NCBI GenBank assembly: GCA_018065815.1
Contig: JAGHSP010000256.1
Span: 1 to 50,082, forward strand
DNA length: 50,082 nt
Direction of reading: 5' to 3'
From: Candidatus Sodaliphilus limicaballi
GTDB taxonomy: Bacteria > Bacteroidota > Bacteroidia > Bacteroidales > Muribaculaceae
Shown: piece by piece, positions 1 through 10,194 of the stretch
Numbering within the stretch: the first letter of the stretch is position 1
Layout: each line of letters starts with the position of its first letter
The notes under the pieces: model-generated
Seen by the model: the letters and a program-made list of their open reading frames with translations, nothing else
What the model was told of the DNA's origin: nothing
The model's database searches: none
Program-made: the position numbers and the translations under genes

Positions 1-29
1 TTCATAAGTAACGCTACTGCCTGTTCCAT
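1..29 (-). CDS. 5' end of a gene running off the window (MEQAVALLM...), possibly ArgE-like M20 deacylase
   Basis: ATG at 29 on the minus strand downstream of argB; only about 9 codons visible, so the product is inferred from operon position. Confidence 0.3.
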
Positions 30-48
30 AATTCAAATTATTAAATTT

Positions 49-161
49 CTATAATCAGCGGAAATTGGGTGAAAAATTGCAGTTTCCGCTGATTATAGGT
101 CGGTTTTTGTGCTATAATCAGCGGAAATTGGGTAAAATTATGTGGTTTCCGCTGATTATAG
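49..161. repeat. Two tandem 50-bp palindromic units (REP-like)
   Basis: Units 49-98 and 112-161, each CTATAATCAGCGGAAA-N18-TTTCCGCTGATTATAG with perfect 16-bp arms. Confidence 0.85.
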
Positions 162-181
162 ATTTCTTTACTAACCTCCTG

Positions 182-949
182 TTACCTTATTGTGGTGCCT
201 CGGTTGTTGCTTATGTTAGCCGAGTTCTTGATTACTACCTCGGTGACGCCTTGGGACACTGCATTGAGGGCGCCGGTGACCTTGGGGAGCATGCCCGCGG
301 CGATGATGCCGTCGGCTTTGAGTTGCTCAAACGAGGTTTTGTCGATGGTCTCGATGAGCGACGAGGGGTCGTTGATGTCAACGAGCACGCCGTCTTTCTC
401 AAAGCAGAATACTAACTGGGTGGGGGCAAACCGTGCGCAAGCTATTGCCACTCTTGATGCCACGCTGTCGGCGTTGGTGTTGAGCATGTTGCCCTTGCTG
501 TCGTGGGTGAGGGCGCAAAACACAGGAGTGACGCCTATTTCAAGCAGATGCTGCATGAACTTGTGGTCCACCTTGTCACCGTCGATGTCGCCCACCCAGC
601 CGAAGTCGATGGGCTCGGGGGTGCGCTTGTGGGCAGGGATGACGCCGGCATCAGCGCCCGATAGCCCCAGTGCCTTGCAGCCGCGGGCATTGAGTGCCGC
701 CACGATGCGCTTGTTGATGAGGCCGGCATAGACCATGGTGCACACGTCGAGCGTGTCGCGGTCGGTCACGCGACGGCCTTCTATCATCATGGTCTCGATG
801 CCCAGTTGCTGGGCGAGGCGTGTGGCGAGCTTGCCACCGCCGTGGATGAGAACCTTGTCGCCCTCAATGGCCGCAAAGTCATCGAGGAACTTGCCCAGCG
901 CCTCGTCATTGTCAACGACATTGCCTCCTATCTTGAATACTTTAATCAT
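182..949 (-). CDS. argB: Acetylglutamate kinase
   Basis: KIGGN start, HGGG, GRRVTD, NTNAD and GMLPK motifs; arg operon context. Confidence 0.95.
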   Translation of the reverse strand: MIKVFKIGGNVVDNDEALGKFLDDFAAIEGDKVLIHGGGKLATRLAQQLGIETMMIEGRRVTDRDTLDVCTMVYAGLINKRIVAALNARGCKALGLSGADAGVIPAHKRTPEPIDFGWVGDIDGDKVDHKFMQHLLEIGVTPVFCALTHDSKGNMLNTNADSVASRVAIACARFAPTQLVFCFEKDGVLVDINDPSSLIETIDKTSFEQLKADGIIAAGMLPKVTGALNAVSQGVTEVVIKNSANISNNRGTTIR

Positions 950-955
950 ATTATT

Positions 956-1074
956 TTTAAAGGTTTAAGGGTTTAAAAGTTTAAAGGTTTAATAGGTTAG
1001 GGGAAATCGAAAAACCAAGTCGTTCATTAAGCGATTAATATTTAAACCTTTAAACGATTAAACTGTTAAACTTT
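956..1074. repeat. Intergenic inverted repeat built from ~8-nt AAGGTTTA/TAAACCTT units
   Basis: Left arm tttaaaggtttaagggtttaaaagtttaaaggttta, right arm tttaaacctttaaacgattaaactgttaaac; sister copy at 4296-4434. Confidence 0.7.
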
Positions 1075-2033
1075 TACTTCTCCAGTGCTTCGAGCATGCG
1101 CTTGATGACCACTGTGGCCGAGATCTCGCGGTTGGCTGCCTCGGGGATAACCAGGCTGCGGGGGCCTTCGATGACCTCGTCGGTGACGATCATGCCGCGG
1201 CGCACGGGCAGGCAGTGCATGAAGAAGGCGTTGTCGGTCAATGCCATCTTCTGGGCGCTGACGGTCCAGTTCATGTCCTTGCTCAATATTTTGCCGTAGT
1301 TGGGATCCTCGTATGCCGACCAGTTTTTGGCATAGACGAAGTGCGCGCCTTTGAGGGCTTCGTCCTGGTCGTGGGTGATGGTTGCTCCGGCGGTGAACTT
1401 GGGGTCAAGGTCATATCCTTCAGGGTTGGCAACCACTACCTCGTATCCGGCAGCGACCATCCACTGTGCGAAAGAGTTGGGCACAGCCTGCGGCAGAGCC
1501 TTGGGGTGAGGAGCCCATGTGAGCACCACCTTGGGACGCTCGACGGTCTTGTGCTCCTCGATAGTGATATAGTCGGCAAAGGCTTGCAAGGGGTGTACCG
1601 TGGCGCTCTCCATGCTGAAAACGGGGCGGCCGCTATACTGGATGAACTGCTGGATGATAGCCTCGCTATAGTCTTTCTCCTTGCTGTCGAAGGTGGCAAA
1701 CGAGCGCACACCGATGAGGTCGCAGTAGCTGCCCATAACGGGGATAGCCTCGAGCAGGTGCTCGCTCTTGTCGCCGTCCATGATGACGCCGCGTTCGGTC
1801 TCGAGCTTCCATGCGCCCTGGTTCACGTCGAGCACGATGCAGTTCATACCCAGGTTCATGGCAGCCTTTTGTGTTGACAAGCGTGTGCGCAGGCTGCTGT
1901 TGAAGAAAATCATCAGCAAGGTCTTGTTGCGGCCCAGTTCCACGTGACCGTAGCGGTCGTTCTTTATCTCGATTGCCTCTTGAAACGCCTTGCGCAGGTC
2001 GCCCAAGTCGGCGGGTGAAAGGAATTGCTTCAT
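1074..2033 (-). CDS. argF: N-acyl (acetyl/succinyl)-ornithine carbamoyltransferase, ArgF' type
   Basis: SSLRTR carbamoyl-phosphate motif, HPLQ, HPKALP and HCLP; matches the Bacteroidetes ArgF' pattern. Confidence 0.9.
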   Translation of the reverse strand: MKQFLSPADLGDLRKAFQEAIEIKNDRYGHVELGRNKTLLMIFFNSSLRTRLSTQKAAMNLGMNCIVLDVNQGAWKLETERGVIMDGDKSEHLLEAIPVMGSYCDLIGVRSFATFDSKEKDYSEAIIQQFIQYSGRPVFSMESATVHPLQAFADYITIEEHKTVERPKVVLTWAPHPKALPQAVPNSFAQWMVAAGYEVVVANPEGYDLDPKFTAGATITHDQDEALKGAHFVYAKNWSAYEDPNYGKILSKDMNWTVSAQKMALTDNAFFMHCLPVRRGMIVTDEVIEGPRSLVIPEAANREISATVVIKRMLEALEK

Positions 2034-2120
2034 TTGTATCTAAACTGAAAGAAAATAAACTGAAAGAAATTAAAATAATTAAAATTATTTCCCCGAGTTC
2101 CCCGAGTTCCCCGAGAGGAA

Positions 2121-3242
2121 TTACAATACTTCTTCAAATGCTTTGAGGAACTTGTCGGCATGTTCGGTGGTGATGCCCAGTGCGGGAAGCAGGCGCACGG
2201 TGTGCTGGCCGGCGCCGCCGGTGAAGATGTGCTTGTCAAAGACAAGTTTCTTCCTCAACTCGGGAGCAGAGCCTTCAATCTCGATGCCTATCATCAGGCC
2301 GCGGCCACGCACCTCCTTGATGCCGGGCATCGCTTTAAGTTTTTCAATTAGGTAGTTGCCCACCTTCTCGGCATTGGCAACGAGGTTTTCCTCCTTGATG
2401 ACGTCGAGCACTGCGATTGCCGCAGCACATGCCAGATGGTTGCCGCCGAACGTGGTGCCCAGCATGCCGCCCCAAGCCTCGAAGGGTGGAGCGATCAACA
2501 CGCCGCCCACGGGGAATCCGTTGCCCATGCCCTTTGCCATAGAAATGAGGTCGGGCTTGATGCCGCTGTACTGGTGGGCGAAGAAGCGACCGGTGCGGCC
2601 ATAGCCACTCTGCACCTCGTCGAGAATGAGACACACACCGTGGCGTGTGGTAGCTTCGCGCAACTGACGCAAGAAGTCGTCGCCTGGCATCTGGATGCCA
2701 GCCACGCCCTGTATGCCCTCGATGATGGCAGCGCAGTATTCGCCGGTAGCAAGTTCGCGCTCAACGGCCTCGATGTCGCCCAGGGGGACGAATGTCACCT
2801 TGTCGGTCTCGTTGAAGGGCGAGTTGATCTTGGGATTGTCGGTCATCTCCACAGCGCCCGATGTGCGGCCGTGGAATGCGCCCTTGAAGGCGAGCACGCG
2901 GCTCTTGCCGGTGTGGAACGAAGCCACCTTGATGGCATTCTCGTTGGCCTCGGCGCCGCTGTTCACCATGAACAGGCTGTAATCCTTTAAGCCAGAGATC
3001 TCGCCCAGTTTCTTGGCAAGTTTCTCTTGCAGCGTGTTGATAACGCTGTTAGAGTAGAACCCCAACGTAGCCACCTGCTTGCTGATCATCTCCACATAGT
3101 GGGGATGAGCGTGACCGATGCTGATAACGGCGTGGCCGCCATAGAGGTCGAGGTATTCTGTGCCCTCGGCGTCATAGATGTAACTGCCGCAGCCCTTCAC
3201 CGGCTCGACATCATATAGCGAATATACTGGAAATAAATTCAT
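2121..3242 (-). CDS. argD: Acetylornithine aminotransferase (class III PLP)
   Basis: NSGAEANE, FHGRT, DEVQSGYGRTG, AKGMGNG and GTTFGGN motifs. Confidence 0.93.
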   Translation of the reverse strand: MNLFPVYSLYDVEPVKGCGSYIYDAEGTEYLDLYGGHAVISIGHAHPHYVEMISKQVATLGFYSNSVINTLQEKLAKKLGEISGLKDYSLFMVNSGAEANENAIKVASFHTGKSRVLAFKGAFHGRTSGAVEMTDNPKINSPFNETDKVTFVPLGDIEAVERELATGEYCAAIIEGIQGVAGIQMPGDDFLRQLREATTRHGVCLILDEVQSGYGRTGRFFAHQYSGIKPDLISMAKGMGNGFPVGGVLIAPPFEAWGGMLGTTFGGNHLACAAAIAVLDVIKEENLVANAEKVGNYLIEKLKAMPGIKEVRGRGLMIGIEIEGSAPELRKKLVFDKHIFTGGAGQHTVRLLPALGITTEHADKFLKAFEEVL

Positions 3243-3319
3243 AGTTTCTTGTTTTTTAAGTTTAAGACCCGGAGATTCCGGAAACTCCGGATTGTCCGGA
3301 TTAACCTTTTAACCTTTTA

Positions 3320-4282
3320 TCAGAACGCATTCGGCTTCAAGCGCAGGCCCATATCCTCTGGCAGCCCCATGGCGATGTTCATGTTCTGCACAGCCTGGCC
3401 GCTTGCGCCCTTCAAGAGGTTGTCGATGCAGCTGGTGATGAGCAGCTGGTCGCCGTGCTTCTCTACGTGGAGAAGCGCTTTGTTGGTGTTGGTCACCTGT
3501 TTGAGGTCTAGCGGACGGTCGCTCACGTGGGTGAACACTGCATCTTTATAGAAGTCCTTATAGAGTGCAACGGCCTCTTCCTCGCAGAGAGTGCAACGGG
3601 TATATACGCTGGCAAAGATGCCGCGGGCAAAGTCGCCGCGCATGGGCACGAACAGGATGGGAGCCACCTCACTGCCTTGCAGCGTGGTGAGTGTTCGGCG
3701 TATCTCATGCAGGTGCTGGTGAGTGAATGCCTTATAGACGCTCAAATTGTCGTTGCGCCAGCTGAAGTGGGTCGTAGCACCCGGTTTCACGCCTGCGCCA
3801 GTGCTGCCGGTAATAGCAGTCACGTTGATGTCTTGGTGAAGCAAACCTGCCTTGGCAAGCGGGAGCAGTGACATCTGTATAGCAGTGGCAAAGCAACCGG
3901 GATTAGCGATGAGCTTGCTGCCAGCAATGCGTTCGCGCTGGAACTCGGGCAGGGCATATACATATCCGCACGACTCGTCGCGGTAGTCCTGTGCGAGGTC
4001 AATCACCACGAGTTTCTCGGGACGATCGTTAGCAGCCCAGAACTCGGCACTCTTGCCGTGTCCCATGCACAGGAACACCACATCGACTGCATTGAGGTCG
4101 TGGGTGTCGCTGAAGGTGAGGTCGGTCTCGCCGATGAGGCCGCCGTGCACCTGGGTGATGGGCAGTCCTGTCTGACTGCTGCTGTGTATCCACACAATCT
4201 CCACCCCGGGGTGGTTGAGCAGGATGCGGATAAGTTCGCCGGCGGTATATCCCGCACCGCCTATAATGCCTGTTTTGATCAT
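3320..4282 (-). CDS. argC: N-acetyl-gamma-glutamyl-phosphate reductase
   Basis: GGAGYTAGEL, IANPGCF, DNLLKGASGQAVQNMN. Confidence 0.96.
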   Translation of the reverse strand: MIKTGIIGGAGYTAGELIRILLNHPGVEIVWIHSSSQTGLPITQVHGGLIGETDLTFSDTHDLNAVDVVFLCMGHGKSAEFWAANDRPEKLVVIDLAQDYRDESCGYVYALPEFQRERIAGSKLIANPGCFATAIQMSLLPLAKAGLLHQDINVTAITGSTGAGVKPGATTHFSWRNDNLSVYKAFTHQHLHEIRRTLTTLQGSEVAPILFVPMRGDFARGIFASVYTRCTLCEEEAVALYKDFYKDAVFTHVSDRPLDLKQVTNTNKALLHVEKHGDQLLITSCIDNLLKGASGQAVQNMNIAMGLPEDMGLRLKPNAF

Positions 4283-4295
4283 AGTTTTTTATTGT

Positions 4296-4434
4296 AAAGG
4301 TTTAAGGGTTTAAAGGTTTAACGGTTTAAAAGGGAAGGAGGCAATCGAATTATCGAATTATCGAATTATCGATTTTTCGATTAATCGAGCCAATTAAACC
4401 TTTAAACTCTTAAACCTTTAAACTTTTAAACTTT
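4296..4434. repeat. Second AAGGTTTA-unit inverted repeat with an internal (ATCGAATT)x3 run
   Basis: aaaggtttaagggtttaaaggtttaacggtttaaaa ... ttaaacctttaaactcttaaaccttttaaacttttaaac. Confidence 0.7.
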
Positions 4435-4437
4435 TAT

Positions 4438-5637
4438 TTATCTTTTCTCGTCGGGGTGGGTGCCGTAGTAAACGCGCAGGGGGGTCGAGAGCACCTTGAT
4501 GAAGCCCTTGGCCTCGTCGGCGGTCCAGCCGTGCTGCATCTCGCCATACTCGCCCAGTTTACTCTTGCTCAGGTCGTTGTCGCTGTCCACGCCCACAGTC
4601 TCAAAGCCGTAAGGACGGAGTTTGAGGATAGCGGTGCCGGTGACGTTGCGCTGTGACGATGTGAGCATAGCCTCCATGTCGGGCATCACGGGTTCCAGAT
4701 ACTGGCTCTCGTGCAGGAACATGCCATACCAGTTGGCCACCTGGTCCTTCCAGTACTGCTGCCACTTGCTCAATGTGGATTTCTCGAGCAGGCGGTGAGC
4801 CTCGATGATGAGCTTGGGAGCGGCTGCCTCAAATCCCACGCGGCCCTTGATGCCGATGATAGTGTCGCCCACGTTGGCGTCGCGGCCTATGGCGTAGCTT
4901 GCACCTATCTCCTCAATCTTCTGGATAGCTGCAACCTTGTCGGTGAACTCCTCGTCGTTCACTGCCACGATTTCGCCCTTCTCGAAGCGGATTTTGAGCA
5001 GTGACTCCTCGGTGCGTGTCACGTGTTTGAGATAAGCCTCCTCGGGCAGACCTTGTGCGGGGTCGAGCAGTTCGCCGCCGCACACGCTGGTGCCCCAGAT
5101 GCCAACGTTGTAGCTATATTTAAGCTTGGTGAAGTCGGCAAAGAAACCGTGCTCGTTGAGGTAGTCAACCTCCTCCTGGCGTGACAAAGCGTGGTCACGG
5201 GTGAGGGTGATGATCTCAATGCCAGGAGCCAGCACGAGGAAAGTCATGTCGAAGCGAATCTGGTCGTTGCCAGCGCCAGTGCTGCCGTGGGCGATGGCGT
5301 CGGCGCCTATCTCGCGTGCATAGCGTGCAATGGCGATGGCTTGGAAGATGCGCTCGCTTGATACCGAGATGGGGTAGCAGTTGTTGCGCATCACGTTGCC
5401 GAATATCATGTATTTGAGCGATTTCTCGTAGTACTCTTGTGTAACGTCGAGGGTCACATACTGCACTGCGCCCAGCTTGTAGGCATTCTCCTCGTTCTTC
5501 TTCAGCTGCTCGGGGCTGAAACCGCCGGTGTTGGCACACGCTGCATATACTTCATAACCATCCTGTGTGAGTTTCATCACAGTGTACGACGTGTCAAGGC
5601 CTCCGCTGAAGGCAACTACTACTTTCTTCTTACTCAT
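4438..5637 (-). CDS. argG: Argininosuccinate synthase
   Basis: AFSGGLDTS, AHGSTGAGNDQIRF, IGIKGRVGFEA. Confidence 0.97.
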   Translation of the reverse strand: MSKKKVVVAFSGGLDTSYTVMKLTQDGYEVYAACANTGGFSPEQLKKNEENAYKLGAVQYVTLDVTQEYYEKSLKYMIFGNVMRNNCYPISVSSERIFQAIAIARYAREIGADAIAHGSTGAGNDQIRFDMTFLVLAPGIEIITLTRDHALSRQEEVDYLNEHGFFADFTKLKYSYNVGIWGTSVCGGELLDPAQGLPEEAYLKHVTRTEESLLKIRFEKGEIVAVNDEEFTDKVAAIQKIEEIGASYAIGRDANVGDTIIGIKGRVGFEAAAPKLIIEAHRLLEKSTLSKWQQYWKDQVANWYGMFLHESQYLEPVMPDMEAMLTSSQRNVTGTAILKLRPYGFETVGVDSDNDLSKSKLGEYGEMQHGWTADEAKGFIKVLSTPLRVYYGTHPDEKR

Positions 5638-5740
5638 AATTATATTGTATTTTTTGTGTTTCTAAATAAAACTTGTTTTTGTTTTTCGTAGCCCGCTTGC
5701 GGGCGTTTCGTAGCGAAGCGTTTCGTTTTTCGTTAACGTT

Positions 5741-6334
5741 TTACTTCAAGTGCAGGAGGCTTGCAATCTTCTCCTTGGTGCTCTTCTTTTTCTGCTCCCA
5801 CTTGGGGTCGAAGATCATGGCGTTGCACAGGCAGCGCTCACGGTTGTTGCGCGTGAGCACGTCATAGTTGATGCACTCCTCGCAGCCTTTCCAGAACTCG
5901 TCGTCCTGTGTGAGCTCGGTGAGCGTGGTGGGCACGTAGCCCAGGCGCGTGTTGAGCTTCATCACCGCAAGTGATGTGGTGAGAGAGAAAATCTTGGCAT
6001 AGGGGAAACGCTCGCGTGCCAGCAGGAAGGTCTTGTCCTTGATAGCCTTGGCAAGGCCCAGGTGGCGATACTCGGGGTCAACGATGAGACCGCTGGTAGC
6101 CACATAGTCGCCGTGGCTCCAACACTCGATGTAACTGAATCCTACAATGCGGTCGCCGTCGAGGGCAACAACAGCCTTTCCACCCTTCATCTTGTCGGCG
6201 ACATACTCGGGTCGTCGTCGGGCAATGCCAGTTCCGCGCTGGAGCGCCGATTCGTAGATGAGTTTACAGATGGTCTCAGCATACTTTACATGCTCCTCGG
6301 TGGCATATTGCACCGTGATGTTATTACCGTTCAT
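5741..6334 (-). CDS. GNAT N-acyltransferase (Bacteroidetes ArgA-like, first step of arginine synthesis)
   Basis: GNAT motif SGLIVDPEYRHLGLA, FWKGCxxC cluster, first gene of the arg operon. Confidence 0.8.
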   Translation of the reverse strand: MNGNNITVQYATEEHVKYAETICKLIYESALQRGTGIARRRPEYVADKMKGGKAVVALDGDRIVGFSYIECWSHGDYVATSGLIVDPEYRHLGLAKAIKDKTFLLARERFPYAKIFSLTTSLAVMKLNTRLGYVPTTLTELTQDDEFWKGCEECINYDVLTRNNRERCLCNAMIFDPKWEQKKKSTKEKIASLLHLK

Positions 6335-6603
6335 TTCCTTTAATTAGTCTAAATGACTGTAAATGAGTTTAATAATATAATTACTTCACACTGCAAGAAC
6401 CCTATCTTGCGCACGCACACGCGTGAAAAGACAGGGTTTTACTAAAAAATCATGTAAAATTCGCAAAAATACTTGATATCTGCAAGTGTTTTAACACAAA
6501 ATTCGCCTATTTATAAAAAATAAAAGTTTTTCTATGACATCTTAAAATCTACAATATCATCTGATACAAACCCTCTTGTGTGTATTATCTTGTGATTATG
6601 TTA

Positions 6604-7347
6604 TTAATGCATCCAAGAAGATGTAACACGCGACGGTCCCTCAGCGGGGATAGACCTGTTTTCGCCAGCAAAATGACATTCATGGTACATCATATAATGA
6701 CCATCGGTTACCGATATTATTTTATCGACACAGGGCAGCGACTCCTCAACAAGATAACACCAACCGCGATGATGTCTTGCAACGTTGATAAACTTGCCTA
6801 TTTTCCAGTTGTCCATGGGCGTTCCGCCGGCATCCAACTTATCAAGATAAGCATAGATCACCTTTCTTATTTCGCCTGTCATATACAGCACTTTCTTGCT
6901 GCTGGTAATGTGCGGAACGAAGAATGAAACCGATGTGATTGTTGAATTTATTTTATCATTATATACATGATTTTCAATCTTTTCCATCTCAGAGAGCGAC
7001 ATGTTAGATTGAAATACAGGAATCTGGCACGGCAATACTTCGTAGTCAACTGTATCTCCGATACTCCAGCCCTTCGAGAGGCGTTCGGCTCTCACCTCAT
7101 TGAAGCAGCGCTGATACAGAGTGTCAAAGTTATTGTCGATTTTACTCGCTCCATAGGTTGCCGACCATTGCTCCCAGTCGGCAAAGAACTGGTCGAGGTT
7201 TTCATTGGTGATTTCGCTATATTTTTCCACAAAATCAGCCTTAACCTCGGGCAATTTATATTTGTTGATGTCAATGCCCCATGCAGGCAGCATCACAAGT
7301 GCTAATAATAGGGATAACTGCTTCATAATTGAATCATGTTTTAACAT
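6604..7347 (-). CDS. Hypothetical exported protein
   Basis: 247-aa ORF; signal-peptide-like MKQLSLLLALVMLPAWG (likely start 7326); TACCTTTG -7 box at 7356-7363. Confidence 0.6.
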   Translation of the reverse strand: MLKHDSIMKQLSLLLALVMLPAWGIDINKYKLPEVKADFVEKYSEITNENLDQFFADWEQWSATYGASKIDNNFDTLYQRCFNEVRAERLSKGWSIGDTVDYEVLPCQIPVFQSNMSLSEMEKIENHVYNDKINSTITSVSFFVPHITSSKKVLYMTGEIRKVIYAYLDKLDAGGTPMDNWKIGKFINVARHHRGWCYLVEESLPCVDKIISVTDGHYMMYHECHFAGENRSIPAEGPSRVTSSWMH

Positions 7348-7903
7348 TTAGGCTACAAAGGTAGTCTTTTTTCAAAAAAAAGAACTTTAAAAATTAAAAA
7401 TTGCAGTTAAAATTAACATAGTTACAATTTTGCGTAACTATTCAGCAATAGAACTCCCCGCGCGGATCTCACTGATCTCACTGATTTTTTTTCATTGAAA
7501 ATATATAGAGTGGATTTTTTAGACCTCAGGGAGGTCGTAACTTTGGTTAACCGCTGGTCGCAGACCTGCGGACTGCCGGTGGGGGGTGTGAAGTGTGTCA
7601 AAATGCTCTTTGGTAGAGTACAATGCAAAAGCAAGAGCAGGTAGGGACGATACTCCTGTATCGTCCGCAGCGTTCTTAGAACGCTTATATTCAGATAATT
7701 GTGTAATGTCTTACGCTCATTCCGAGCGTGCGGACGACACGGGAGTGTCGTCCCTACCTCAACTTGATTTCGCATTTTGACACACCCTCTATTCAGGTAT
7801 TGTCCTGCCGGACAATAAATTAGCAACAATTGCTATAAAAGCAAAAGTTGAGTTATTCTATACCAAGCCCTGGTTATACCCTAGTAGCAGCATTGCGCTG
7901 CGA

Positions 7904-9946
7904 TCACTTCCCAAGCACGAGGTTGAGGGTGGTGTTCACGTCGGTGATGTCAACCTCACCGTTGCCGTCAACATCGGCGCCAGCATACTTGCTTGCACTG
8001 TCCTTGCCCAGCACGATGTTGATGAGGATGTTCACATCGGTGATGTCAACCACGCCATTGCCATCCACGTCGCCACGCACACCAGGTGTGGGAGTGTCGC
8101 CGTAAACGACCTTGACATATGTGCCCGAGGTGGTTGTGACGCGGGTTTTGTCGAGTGCCATATAGGCATAACCTGGCTTGATGTAGTAAGCATTGCTCGG
8201 GTGGTTGAATGTCTCGTTGTTGGGCACTCCGTTGATGTCAGGGTTGTATTTATATCCAACGTTCCACACACCTATGGGAGCGATGTCAAGTGGCTCGCTT
8301 ACACCAGTAAGCACTGTTGCGGGTGCTGCGGGTGTTGACTGCGGGCGATACAACTTCTGTACACTTCCAGAATTTAGGTCATACCAGTCAACGAGCACGC
8401 CATGGTTGGCAGGTGTGGCGGTTATGGGAGTAGCCTGAACTGTGAGAGAGCTCTCGTCATAGTCGCTCACGTTCCATGCCTTGAGTCCGCTCTTTTCCCA
8501 GTCAACGGGATGATCGACGGCGAGGCAAGCCTTGTGGCCCGACATAGTTGAGTAGAGATAAGCATTGAGTTGCTCGCGCGGAGCCTTCTCGCTGGGACGG
8601 CTTGAGCCCGCAGGCAGTTTTGAGCGATAGAAATCGTAGTATTCCCAGGGAACAAAGCAGTAGAACTGTCCGCCGTTGTTGCCATAGAATCTGTTGCCTA
8701 ACTCCCACTCGGTGTTCTTGGTGTTGAAAATGAGTTCGGTAAGGCTCTTGCAGCCATACACTGCCTTCTCGCCAAAGTAAGTGACCCCTTCAGGGACGGT
8801 GAGACTTGTGATGCCCGAGCCAGCAAATGCCTGGTTGCCTATTCTATTAAGATAAGTCATATCCTGCAGAGTTACCGAAGTGATATTGCTCGCTCCATAG
8901 AGGCAATTGTCGCCCATTTCGACCATCAAGTATTTTTTACCCGAATTATTGGTTTGGTCAGTTTCGCTTTTTGAACAATAGAAAGACTTGGGAGAACTTA
9001 TTGTCACAAAGGGATTGTAAACATACTTCGCCTTGCCGTCATAGGTTATACCATCAGACGCAGTTACCTGTGAGTGCGAAATAACAGTCATGTGATAAGG
9101 GGTGGCATCGTTTAGGTGTTTGTAACTAAAGTCGTAAGCACCTGGCATAATTTTTATATTCTTGAACTTTCCGTTTGCCTTATATGCATCCAGATCCTCG
9201 ACACGAACATATACCGTACAGTTGCTATTGATATCGTTTCCATCCAATACTCCACTTAATTTTGCCGTAGAAGGCACATTAAAGATGATATCAGTAAGAT
9301 TCTTACAATTGTCAAAAATTGATAAAGACAATTCATAACACGAACTGGGAATAAGAATGCGCTTAAAATCATTTCCTCTAAAGGAATACAACTCGATTTC
9401 TTTCAGGGTCAACGGCAAATACAGGTCGTTAGAAATTTTACAACCATCAAAGGCATGCCCATCGATATGTATAAGGTTAGAATTAAGTTTTAGATTCACC
9501 AATTTGCTTTCGCCCTCAAAGGCATTGTAATAAATAGCAGCAACATTCTTACCCAGTTCTAAACTGAACTCGAATGGTTGCTTGTCAGAACTCTTTTCGC
9601 CAAACACACTATACATTTGGCTATAACCAATTGACCAACCCCTATATGGCATACCCAAGGCAAGGACAGCATATTTACGTCCGCAAGCAGTCACTTGGTC
9701 AGGTATCCTAAGTGTGCCACCAGCAACATAAAGTTGGTCTTGATGTCTCAAGGTCACCGCTCCATTGTATGCTGTTTGGTCATATTTATCGACTGTTGTT
9801 CCTTCTATCAAATCATAATAGGAATATGCCGATAGTTTGCCGTCGGCGCTGACGAAATTTAGTTCACGTATATCATAGGGTTTGTCGTCAACAACTATCG
9901 TCCAACTTCCCCACTGATTGTTTTCAGCAAAACAATCACCATAACC
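7904..9946 (-). pseudogene. BspA-type leucine-rich-repeat surface protein with C-terminal dockerin, 5'-truncated by the prophage
   Basis: LRR_5-like repeats (IGNQAFAGSGITSLTVPEGVTYFGEKAVYGCKSL); duplicated dockerin GDVDGNGVVDITDVN / ADVDGNGEVDITDVN; frame stays open with no ATG start or signal peptide up to the prophage end at 9946. Confidence 0.8.
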
Positions 9947-10029
9947 TGTATAATCCGCAAAACGAATCGTGCGCGGTCTCTAAAACGAAACGGTCTGCGG
10001 TCGGGGCTTTTCCAAAAAACGAAATGGTC
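9947..10029 (+). repeat. Prophage end with three putative transposase-binding sites
   Basis: TGTA at 9947, then AAAACGAATCG (9959), AAAACGAAACGGTC (9982), AAAACGAAATGGTC (10016). Confidence 0.75.
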
Positions 10030-10068
10030 GCCAATCGCATAATTTGAATGACATTATAACGCTATTAT

Positions 10069-10107
10069 AAAGGCGGATGTGACATCTTCATCACATCCGC
10101 CTTTTTT
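10069..10107. terminator. Bidirectional intrinsic terminator after the tail operon
   Basis: AAAGGCGGATGTGA-N8-TCACATCCGCCTTT followed by a T run. Confidence 0.75.
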
Positions 10108-10161
10108 GCTACGTGCGCGGCTGGCGCCGCGCTTTCGTTGTCGCTCCTCGTTGCGGTCACC

Positions 10162-10187
10162 GGCTTGGGGCGTCGAAGCCCCAAGCC
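10162..10187 (-). promoter_or_regulatory. GC-rich hairpin downstream of the VR (DGR target-recognition element)
   Basis: Perfect 10-bp stem GGCTTGGGGC/GCCCCAAGCC with a 6-nt loop, 7 nt after the target stop codon. Confidence 0.8.
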
Positions 10188-10194
10188 TCCAATC

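Noticed and set aside
49-161. Mini-CRISPR
   Set aside because: Only two palindromic units with similar loops; better explained as REP-like
7422-7829. 135-aa ORF between host genes
   Set aside because: TTG start, atypical composition and no motifs; probably intergenic
7904-8100. Dockerin as evidence of a cellulosome
   Set aside because: No cohesin or glycoside hydrolase in the window; dockerin-like tails also occur on non-cellulosomal proteins
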